Positions 12,660 through 24,318 of a DNA stretch of 64,000 bases are shown here, piece by piece. Location of the stretch: the NCBI RefSeq assembly GCF_003704095.1, contig NW_020846723.1, positions 186,001-250,000 on the forward strand. Direction: 5' to 3'. Each line of letters opens with the position of its first letter. Positions within the stretch are counted from its first letter, which is position 1. This DNA is from Pocillopora damicornis (lineage: Eukaryota). Below the pieces are notes generated by a model. That model did not search any database. It was not told the origin of the DNA and was given only the letters and a program-made list of their open reading frames with translations. The translations under genes were made by a program, and so were the position numbers.

Positions 12660-15600
12660 GTTCAAATTAAGGAGCCATCGACTTTCTTTTACTCCACAAA
12701 TGTACATATTTCAGGCTTATCCATAACATAATGTATATCTTTTATGCTAATAAGACCAATAAAAATCGCATTGTAATGTTGTAGATACTGTGAATAATAT
12801 TTGTTTTAAAGCCAAGTGACCCATTCTGTGGGCGAGCTAATCACGGTTACGTCAGCATGAAACGACCTGGATTCAAATAATCACCAGAAATCCAAAGCCA
12901 TCGCGTCAACATCCCGTGAAAGTTAGGCGGCATCATAAAACACTGTTTCTCGAAAGGTCCGTTAACTTATTACAGTCACTTTACGGACCGAAAAGCTAAT
13001 CATTGGTTGGTTTTTACATTCTGGATCGAGAAACCGATAATTTTGAAATCAATCGATAAAATTTGAGGAAATCAAAAAGAGTGAGCAAGTGTTTGAACTT
13101 AGACTCGCGCAATTGTTCCTTAGATTGGGATTGAAAAAATATGGTTTCGGGCCTGGGACCTACGAAATTTGGGGATAAAAACGCTTTTTCTATCAAAATT
13201 CAACACGTTCACCTTTCGGATTCTGCGCTTCGATGACCTGACATTGAGCCACAGAGAAATCAGTTGTGAGTTGGGTCATTACAAGGTTCATATCGGACAA
13301 GTGTTCTGCATTCTACAGGGATCAGTAGGATCGAAACCGTCGTTTGATTCGACAGAGGTTTGAGCTCGGTGGTAAAATCAAGAAAAATTTTATTTACTTT
13401 GTCATTAAGTTTTGGCTTACCCAACTTTCAGATTAAGTTTTTACGAAAAAAAATGACTGAGCCTTCGTTAATAAACTTTGAATTTCCTGTAACACCACCG
13501 GGAAAGTGCTGTAAAAAATTTTATGGATGAACTTCGAAAAAAATCAACACTAAAACTTTACTGTGTTTTATTCTCATACAATGAAGATCAGTAAAGAATA
13601 TCGGTGTATAAATAATTAAAACTTGCGAGAAATGAAACTGAGTAACACAGCAAGGAGCGGCTTATCGTTAAATTAGAAAAAAAAACGGAAATGTGTTTAA
13701 TGAGACGTCATGAGTTTAAATTTTGTTTTCATTTTTTACTGTTTCAATTGGTTTCTCGGACAAAATCTAATAATCTTCAAAACGACTGATTAGCAAAGAT
13801 AGTCGTGACGTAATTTTTGCCCTGGATCACTTAGCTTATCCCTCATAATATTTCGCAGACCCGAAATGATGTGTTCCAATTTTTGAGAAGGCTACAGCTC
13901 TTTATATGCTATCTTTATTACTTTTGGTAGGCCTACTGATAAGCCGAAATAGAAAAAAAAAAAAAGAAAAGAAAAAAAGGGAGGAAGGAAAAAGAAGACA
14001 AATTCACAGCGCGATGGTTTTTTAGTATCTGAGTTCGCTTTATACGAGCCCTCTCCCTCAGGATTTAGCTTCATGAATCGGACTAACATTCAAAGAAACA
14101 CCCCGGGCTTCGTTTTTTGGTTTGATGATATGTACTAGCTTATAGTTGCAGTGCTTCAGCTTAAAAAATTCTTTCAGGTGAAAACGATCCCTTTCTGCAG
14201 CTTTCAACCTTAAATAACAAATACAAGGTGAACACATGAGTCATGTGGTATCCTTTGTTTATTCGAGACAAGCAACTAAAGACGTTATATGGTGAGTACG
14301 ATTTGTTCAAGTTTAAAAATAATGTCTTCCTTAATTTCTAGGGTTACTTTTTCCATTTACACTTGTTCGTCAAAGTCACAACATCAGGGTGTCACCACTG
14401 ACTAACACCGATGGTACGGAGTTGAAAACCATCCACGAAGACACAGGGGTGAGAGGGGGGGCCAGAGAGTCCCTCACTAAACCAGTCCCAGAAGCCATTT
14501 GACTCTCATTGGGCACAAAAAAAAACAATACTGCAAACTCTATCCTTAGTCCTTGTAGCTTTTCTGGTAGATAATTCGTAATTGGGGCCTGGGACTTAGA
14601 CAAACCCTCCCCCTCTTAGGCATGTTTTGATCATGTAAAAGTACTTCTAGCGCAAAGCTCGCTCAGAAAGTGAACAAGGTTTTAGTATTGAAAGAACAAA
14701 TGAGAGCAAATGTAGCCTGGAAAAAGTGTATTTATCTAAACGAGCAAACGTAGTCAAATAAGGCAATACGATGAATAAACATTTCTGCTCCTAAGCATAA
14801 AGTAGGAGACATATTCCCAATAAAATTAAGTGCTACCGCCTTTTTATTCTTGTGTGGCAGATTCGAGTCAGATTCACTGAGACAAAATAGAAACGACAAA
14901 ACACATAAAAATATATCGGTGTTTATCATAAAAGAAGAACTGAGTTTGATTGTTTCACTCATTTAAGCTTTGAAGCACAACAGCAATTAAAAATATGGCA
15001 TTGCTCTCGCAAAGCAATGCCGAAAGCTTTTTTCTTCTGAGAATGATAAAGTTTCCTAAAAACTGTATTGCGGTTAAGTAAGTAATGCTGTGAAGTTAAA
15101 TGCGGTGAGTAGACAACGGAGGTGAGCCGTAGGCTAATTATTTTAAAAGGCTGAGAAGATGAATATTGTACTAAAGTAGTAGCAATTCTCGAAAGGAGTT
15201 GTATGTCTCGAATAACGTTAGCCTTGAACGAGACTCGAAACCATGCTGCCCTGCGGTGATGCCGTGGCGACGCTCCAACCAGCTGACCCGCCAATCACGG
15301 TGATTGGGAGCCGGTCATGAGTTCGAAATATGTCAATTGTGCAAGTATAAATTGCGTCGCAACAAGTCTGAAATCAATTTTTCTGTCACTTGTACGTGTC
15401 TCTGATTCAAACCAGCGGAGTCCGATTCTTTGGAAGATCAGAGATGTCCTTAATAGCTCTAAAATCGTATCATCATATCCAAATTAGGAATCTCCTGAAG
15501 CAGGTCTTTGTTGACGCAGCTGTACGGAGTAAATAATTACTTATATTACGACCTCACAGAAGCACTCATGGCAGGAGGCAAAATCAATCAAGCACCCTCA

Positions 15601-16086
15601 TGAAAAAATTGTTATTTTAATTAAATTTTTAGTTAGCAAACAACAAAAACTTTCATTACAGCAAATCTATAAAACAGAATTAAAACGCAAATGGAAGATG
15701 AAGCATAGAATATATAACTATTGAATCATACCTCCGCTTCATTGAAATTTATAAGTATAAAATGTCAGTTATAAAATTATGTCACCTACAATTTTGTTTC
15801 GTAAAATAATCAAATAAACTGACACTCAGGTGAAACGGATGTAATAAAAATGAATATAGAATGAATTCGGCGCTAAGGCGCAGGCATATTTCGCTTAATG
15901 TACACTATATAAGGGTTGTTAATTATCTTACGTCTTAATTTGATTTACCAAAGACATCGTGAGAATTTATGAGTTTTATTTTCTGTGAAAGAAAATCTTA
16001 AACAACGTGCTTGTTGTCAGTGAGCAGAGTCGACTAGAATTTTTAGCACAAAACGTTCCTCCCAGACCAACTGTAGGCTGACCGTC

Positions 16087-16995
16087 ATGATCAGTGATCT
16101 ATACCGAGGTTGTCAAGGACTTTCACAAATGAAAAAGCAGTCATTTCGGTTTCTGGAAGCCGTGAACATTTTTCTGGCAATTACTGCTACTTTAGCCAAT
16201 GTTTTCATCCTGGTGGCTTTTCATAAGGACTCATCCCTTCATCCACCTTCCAAGAGTTTGCTGCGTTTCTTGGCGATCACTGATTTGTTTGTCGGGATTC
16301 TCGCAGAGCCTTTTTATGTCGCGTTATTGTTTCTAACAGAGTACGGCGGTGTTAGTCTATGTGCAAAGATTTTTGGCATCGCCAGCAGGTTAGCGGGAAT
16401 TTTAGGTTTATTATCTTTATTTACCGTAAGTGCAATAAGTGTGGACAGACTACTCGCTCTGCTGTTAGGCTTGAGGTACAGACAAGTGGTTACTTTTAAG
16501 CGAGTCCTAATAACTGTGGTTTGTTTTTAGACTTTCCTCACTACCGCATACGTGATTATCATGGGCACCTTTGCCCACCTTTTCTTTTACTTCATCACAA
16601 TAATTTCGCTATGCTTAGCGGTCGCAACTTGCTGTTACATCAAGATTTTTCAGACGCTTAATCGCCATCAAGTTCAAATACAAGAACGAAGTCACGGCCG
16701 AGGACACCCAAATCGCCATCCTCCTCTGAACATTGCACGATACAGGAAGACAGTGTCTAACGCAATCTGTGTACAGTTTTCAGTCCTTATCTGCTACATT
16801 CCCTTGTTAGTAGTTATAATCTGTATGGCAATTCAGGGCATTGTTCCACCTCTTCTTAAACCATGGGCATTTACAAGAACCTTCTTGTTTTTTAACTCCA
16901 CTCTTAAGCCAATTCTGTATTGTTGGAATATAAGAGAGGTAAGGAGAAAAACCATAGAGATTGTTAGACAGATATTATGTCGCTCTTCGCCTTAG
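16087..16995 (+). pseudogene. Class A GPCR with a single in-frame premature stop
   Basis: ORFs 16087..16530 and 16552..16995 share one frame. TAG at 16528-16530 replaces the TM4 Trp (VVCF*T vs VVCSWT/VLCLWT in paralogs). NPxxY is altered to KPILY. Confidence 0.85.
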
Positions 16996-17711
16996 AGTTA
17001 CGCTTCCTTCAATGTTGGTCTGTTTGTTTTTTATTCGTTGGATTGATTTGTGGTCACTCTTGGTAAATGAAAAGATTTTTATGAGTGTTACTTAGCCAAT
17101 ACCCCTGTTAACCTATTTATTGCACTTGACAAGATAAAAAAAACCGAGTGGTAGATTCTTGCATAGAGTCGTGAACTGTTGCTGAACAACTAATGCAGAG
17201 ATCTTAAGAGTAGACAACGTAACTTTTCTGCACGTTATGAATATTGGTTTGGGCTTCCGTCTCCTTTCTGTAGTCTGAAGCAGTGATTTCCAGTGCCATT
17301 TTTCAGGCAAGGAACAGTGTATTCAGTATGTGTTTAAGTTTACTGTAAACTTGGTTTCCATAACCAACACAATCTCGCTTGCAAACGTTCTAGTGGCTCA
17401 TTAAGGTGTTTTTATCATTAAAATGTTACCGAAGTAAAAGTACAGTTTGATGTGCAATATTTACAACTGATCTTGATAATGTAAATTGTATGACTTATCT
17501 ATAAACGTATTATAGACGACGAAGAATGTGAACTGAAACCTCAGCTGGCAGTTAGGGAGTAATGAGTTGTTGGCAGTATTTTTAACACTTCTTCAATTAT
17601 GTTTATTAGGAAACTGAGTAGATAACTAAATCGAAATCATGGCAAACATTTTAAAGAAAGTGCTGTGCCAAAGTCTGCGCCTTCATTATTTGTCCTTATG
17701 TTTCGTTTCTT

Positions 17712-20700
17712 TTACATCTCGTAGCCCAAATTGTCTAGCTCAAACAAGCGTTGCTGTTCTTGTTTGTGCCTTTCCTGTAGAGCTCGGAAGTTCTTTTCCC
17801 AGTTCTTGCGGAAAGCTTTAAGCTCATCTTCCATGGCTAACAGCTCTGCACTTTGAGCGGCCATGAGTCGCTCCGTGTGCTCGCCACAGTTTGACGAAGT
17901 ATTCCTCTGGTGACCGTTCACTTCCAGATTTGTCTTTACTGTCTTCTGGTCAGGTTTGGAGACGTCTTGTTTTGCTGACAAAAGAATAGGACAAGAATGG
18001 CTTTTGTATATTTTCGGCCAGGTTAAGTTGATGTGAAGTTCCTACAGAACTTGAACAACCGGTTAAAATTACCTATTTTATCCATCAAAATAAACTACAC
18101 AGTCGAATAATTATCGCAAAAATTTTTAAAGATGTTCATTTCCCAACAGCTACATGAAAAGCAGTGTCTGATAAATTTGTACGTTTTTATTAATAATTTT
18201 CTTTTATTTACGTGATTTTATTTAGAAAGCGTGGGATCGTCACGCGCGCAGACTTGATGTCCTAGTAGATAGATATCAAGGAACGGCTTTCAACTTTCTC
18301 TATAAAGTGAACTTGTAGATTCAATGCTCGGTCTGTAGACATCTTTATGTTAAGGAAAAAAGGAAAGTTCTTGGCCAAAACTATATAAAGAAATATATGT
18401 AGACAACTCCCGTATGTATATGCGGGAAATTGCTGACGCTAAATGCGATTCCAAACAAACATTTTTGTTTTCCTACTCTCTCTGCAATGGTCAATTTGTG
18501 TGAATTGAATAAAAAGCTCGTTCTTTGTCGGCTCGAAATGTTTACGTTGGCGCAGATTCTTAACCCATGTTAGATGACTACGAAACAAAATAAACCAGTC
18601 TATTAAAAGTTGGAAGAAATTTGAAATCTTGAAGTAAAGATTGACAACAAATATTTAACTGCAGTAGTTTACCTTTCCGATTTTGAATTTCTTGCGCCTT
18701 CTTTTCCCGCGGGTAATACTGCCAGAAAAGACCAACAGCTAAGGCGAGCAAGAACAACCCAAACATGCCATAAACTGCGTACCCAAACAGGTTACCATCA
18801 AAGTAGTCTGCACCAGAGCTTGAATTGTCACCGCCATACTGAAAAAAGAGGAGGGATAAAAATACTACGGCTCAGCCGAACGCATTTTTTTCGAATTGGG
18901 AGAATTTTGCTTGAAAGGTATTCACGATAATTGCAGCTTGTTTTCCCAGGCTATAGAGAACGTTAACGATCTTTGATCAAATAATTGTAACACATTCCTT
19001 TTCTTATTATTGTTTTGCTTAAAGAGGCTCAATGTAGTTTCTTTTCGTGATCAGTAGAACAACAGATTTTCATCAATTGCCTTAATAATGGTATAAATGA
19101 ATTAAGATCTTTCCCCAACGCAAAAAAGCGAAGTTACTGCAGACACTGTGTATCCTAAGAAAAATACCCCATATTTTTGTCTTTATGCACCTGTTACCCA
19201 AAAACGAAATTCTAAGACGTCCATTAGTTATTGTTGAGTGTAGTTGCATACAGCATATCAGAACCAGGCACATCTTACTGCATGCAAAATTTTAAACATC
19301 TAATCGGTTTAATCGTGAATATACACGTACCATTATTATTTATTTATGTTCCCCATTAGGCGCTCGACCTATCTAACGCAAACCTCTGCTGATTGTCTCT
19401 TTAAAAAAAGTACTCCACAGAATTGAATAACAATACCTGTTTTGTTTTGCTGAACTTTTCCAAAATCTCGTGTATTTCCAACTGATGGTTCCCTTGGTAA
19501 CTCAGGAAACACGATCTTAGGGCCGCGTTAGTCTTGGGTAACACTGCTCCGTAAATGACAGGCTCACCCAGGACTGTGGCCACATATAACTTGTATGTAT
19601 TGTAATATTCACTGTGCTGAGTAGTGCTGAAAATATCTACTAAAGCTAACACGGTCTCCTCGCTCTTGACGCTCTTGTACAACTCGTCGTAACTTGTTTT
19701 GACTAAAACGAAAAAGAAAGTTTATTACTGATGAAAATGCTCTAAGCATAGGACAAATGATGCTCCTACAATACATAAAAGTATCCTTAATTGGATCGAT
19801 CGTTCGTTCACTTCCATCATCTAGGCAATTGTTTTGAGTGTTATTACCATGCATCACAATTTCAACGCATGTTTTCGGTTTTATTTTATAAGTATTCTCT
19901 AAAACCCGATTGATTTTAAACACCGCTATTAAGAGATATCAATCAAATTTTACTGTTTAATGCCCTTTGATATTACATTCCAGTATCCAAAAACCCGCCT
20001 ATGGACGCCGCCATTTTTGGAAACAGCTTAGTATCCTAGCCACACTCGCAAAACCACAACGCACGGTTCACAAACAACTGCTGTTCTGATCGGAACAAAA
20101 AAACCTTATTTGACCAAGAATCCCCTTCACGTAGCTTCTTACATTACTCAAGCCACTGCATAGAAGTAGAAAAAGGAGTAACGAAACTTTGGTACGTCAC
20201 AGATGACAGGCCAGATTGCTAGGTAGGATTCAAAACAGTGACACCGAATTTACCAAAATTTGAAGACAACTTTCGAACAATTAGGTTAAGCCTATTGTTT
20301 TCAGCTCAATAAAAGATCAGCCCCCAGATATCTCTTGTTGTCACTGTGTTCATTTATACTTCATTCGCTTTTCAGAACTGAAAACGTTAAAACTGCACAG
20401 CGTACGCAATGGTCAAACAACGTGACAACCAATCACTCTTAAAATTGTAGCAGAGGAAGATTCGGGTACAGCAGCTGTGCATCGATCGAGATTGCAAAAC
20501 ATGTAAATCTAAAGAAATCTGAACTTACCGTGCACCTCAGCATTTTGTAAAATAGCTAACTGTTCCTCAGCAGAGCCATTCAAAACCGCCACCTGAGAAA
20601 CCATTGAAATACTCATCAGGATTTGCAAAGTTGAAACTGATTCTCCTACGCCTTTCTTCTCTGCTTGTTTGCCTCTTTTTTTTCCTCGCAGTAGCTATTC

Positions 20701-23087
20701 ACGGTCACAATGAAACAACTGTAGTTTTATTCCATTCTGGAAGTGCTCTTTCGCTCAAGAAGTTGCAGCCTTTTCGGACCTCAATTCGCATAAAACGCTC
20801 ATTCAAGCATTCTAGTAACCATGAACTGATTGACCAATTAGTACTTCCCATTAATATGTTCAGTCAGTGAGTGAAATCAAAAACAGAAGATCACTCTTTC
20901 AACCCCTTAACTCTCAGAAGTAATTAAAACGTAAGTTCTCCCAATATCATCTAAACATTATCCAGCAAACGAGTAATGAGAATACGCAAACTGATCAGGT
21001 TGAAATTGCTATATTGATTTAACAGAAATTCTCATGACTAATTAACAATGAAATGTGCAGAAGCTAGAGGGGAGAATCAACAATCAGATCTTGGGAGTTT
21101 AAGAGTTAACACCTGTCATGCGACCCTGTCTAAAGCTATTATTTGACACCATCATGTGTAACTTTCAAGTGCTAACAAGTTATCCGTAATGACGTTGGTG
21201 GGAGAAAGAAAAAAGTCGGAACACCTACTTACTGGCATTCCATATAGGTTGTTAACTTGTTCAAGACTGTTACTGCTGAGAGATGCTGTTATTATTCCCA
21301 TAAAGATAGCGAGGATAACAAGACCAACATTAATCCATACCACACCAAAGAGGCGGCCTGCAATACTACGAGGAACTTTATCACCGTAACTAGAAAAGGA
21401 AGAGCAAAAGAAATGAAATGAGAGTAAACTTCATGTACAAATGTACGTATGAAGGAGATTATCGCCAAGTCATTATCTTAAGATAGTTACCTGTACTTTG
21501 AGGCTTAAAACCAAACTAAATAATGGGGCTAATTTTTATAATGTTAAATAAACCATCAGCTAGTTGTTATTCTGTTACAATTTGCTCGGCATGTATGCCT
21601 AAGAAACTTAGTCAAATATGACTATGAATCCAATGAAAACAGGGGCCTCTTTAACGCTACGTTGTATTAAATTGATAGTCGTGTATCCACTCGACCGAAG
21701 ACGCTAACGAAGAAATCTCCGTTTACAGAAGAACCTTTTCAGATGGGTCACCCTAAGAACATAGGGAACTGGCTGTTGTACATTGGTGATCATAACGAGG
21801 AGATACAATGTGCGTTGGCAATCAGTGGCAAGTGGTGGGTTCGAACGTCCTGCCAAAAACAGAGTAAGATCACTTTCAAATAAAATGCCCTTGCGTTAGC
21901 ACAAACAAGTTTTTGTCTCGTCACAAATACTTTTGGTGTTCATCTCTATCTACCTCAGCAAATTGTAACTTCATAATTTTTTATTCTTTGTCTTCCCTAG
22001 CATAATCTTGCAAGCTACGTACCCAACTGTTGTCATGGTGACAGCAGCCCACCAGACTCCTTCGAATACGCCTATTGGGAAAAACTTTGGGAATTCCTCA
22101 GAGTTTTTACGATTGTCCTGGAGGATACATAATGTGTGACCAACATTAAAACATACTTGAGTTTATATAGCACAGTAAAGTTATAGTCATTAGTAAATGA
22201 ACTGAGAGACGACTCATTATAGATTCATAATTCAATTCCAAGGGCTTACGAATTACAGAACTTGATAGTTCGCGAGCAGATCCTGTTTAAATACCTTATG
22301 GCAGCTAAGCAGCACTTTCCTACGGTTACAAACTTCACGTGACCAAAATATATATAAAAATAATTTTGCCACAGCAAGCTGAACAGCTGAGGTGGACTCT
22401 ATTTTGTAGATTCGTAAAGATTCGAGATAATCTGTATGATCAACAAAAAGCTACTTAGTTCTACTCAAAACTAGCTTTACTCTTAAGAATCTTATCGAAA
22501 TGTCCATGTTGCTGTGTAACATAATTTGCCCTTGATGTAAAACTAATTGAGCCAATTAAGACCAATTCTCTTACCAGAGCCCACATGACAATTCCACTGA
22601 GAGATAACGACATCCCAATGAAAATCACAATTGGCCAAGAATCCAAAATGGCGGCTAGAAGTTCTTCGCCTGGAATACTCCTCTGTACCACAATAGCCAT
22701 TCCAGGCGAATGAACTGAGCCTACAAAAGGACGTAGAAATATCGATTTCTCGAGGCCGACTCTCCGTCCCACAGGAATAATGATCTCTTCTGAGTACTGA
22801 TCGATCGTAGTTTTCAGTGATTTGGGATACTCGATAAGCTTGGCCGAAATATTGGGACTCTTGTGGCAACAAGCCTTGAAAACGATGCGAAGGATTTCTG
22901 GTATAGCACCAGAGATTTCACCTCTTTCCTTGTCCTCGAAAACGTAAGGCTTTTGTTCCCAGTAAACAAGATCCAATGATGTTTTTCCTGTAGAACATTC
23001 ATTTTGCATGTTAGATGTTGCCAAACCTATTCTTAATAAAGAGAAAACTGAGAGTATGGAAGTCAAACGATCAGAAAAACTCATCAT
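17712..23087 (-). CDS. GluR0/iGluR-like putative ligand-gated K+ channel, paralog A (7 exons, ~507 aa)
   Basis: Exons 23087-22575, 22117-22023, 21389-21233, 20592-20529, 19702-19437, 18838-18673, 17974-17712; all GT-AG, 1524 nt in frame. Signal-like N-terminus; S1 (YWEQKPYVF..ISGAIPEIL..PGMAIVVQR); M1; FEGVWWAAVTMTTVG|YGDKVPRS; M3; S2 (VAVLNGSAEE..ALVD..YGAVL); M4; coiled-coil tail. An alternative upstream ATG lies at 23147. Confidence 0.88.
20901..21110. mobile_element. Short non-autonomous element (piggyBac-like MITE family); similar copies at ~29170-29365, ~40425-40610, ~42598-42780
   Basis: Begins aaccccttaactc.. and ends ..cagatcttgggagtttaagagttaa. The copies share an internal layout (ttctcc..aat..atc; atgagaata; gat.ttggg.gt.aa.g.gttaa). 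Confidence 0.5.
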
Positions 23088-24318
23088 GTTAACAGTTATC
23101 AAAACGATATAGTTGGAGTAAACGCCAATACTTGAAAATGTGAACATGAATTACTCTTCACAGCTGTTTTTCGTTTAAAACAATAACAAATCCTTCATTT
23201 AACATATCAATAGATATTATCTTTGTTTTAACCATACATTCCCGTATTTTCGTAGTGTTTTAAAGGATAACAATATTTGCAACAATTTCAAACAATTTTA
23301 ATTTCACCTTCACCTCTCGAGAAGAATTGGAACTGATCATTTCAAATGATCATTTCATCACTTGATTTAGTACAAGCCTTTGATTTCCTATTTTTAAGTG
23401 GGTTTTTTTGTGGGATTTTAAACAATAGTTTCTCTCCATCAACATATGTAGACGTCGACTTGATTAGAGGAAATTGTGGTTTTGTCTTTCAACAAAGTAT
23501 ACAATAGGCTGAGCTTAATTACACACTTAACAGCTTTTTTTTCCATATTTTTATTTCTTATTGAATATGTTGTCAAATCAAATCAATTACACACGCCGCA
23601 GTCTGTAATGATATTCATTGCTAAGAAGGGCTTTAGATACACTGATTAGGTTATGTTATCAATACCAAAAGACTTCCCCAACAACAACTTTTAAAACAAA
23701 AAAATATATAGGTTTATATTTGATATAAATATGAATCACACTGCATCTACTTTCGTTGTCAAAGGGGGAAAAGATACTACAACTTAAAGATACCATGCTG
23801 AAATTTTGCATAGCTTAAAATATGTCTCCGTTAGTGTTAAACGTATCGGTATGCTAGATTTTTCTTTTCCTCGCTATGATAACCAGCTATGAAAAATTCA
23901 TGATGAAGCAGACTATTATCCAATGGAGAAAGTGATACTTTCACCACAATTTCTTGATGTATAGGACTGTAAGTGAATACAAATCACTCGCCAAAAATAC
24001 ACTGTAACTCTACTGGAAAATGCGATCCAACAGTAGGATGGTAGATAGATCTTCTTTTCTTGTCTACAAAACTGCGAAGAAATCAAAAGAACAGGTTTTA
24101 GTGCCATGATATCCCATTGAACTTACTCCGACACAGTAATTACCGTACGTGTCATTATTGTACAAGTGACAACAGAGACAGGAAAATATCAAGAGAAAAT
24201 AGAGGACATTTTCAGACATAATCGGACTCGTTGGTACCGCTCATTCCAATTGAATTTTTCCCTTCACGCCTATTGTGAAATAATAATCGAAAGACGTGTT
24301 TATTGAGTTCGCAACGCC

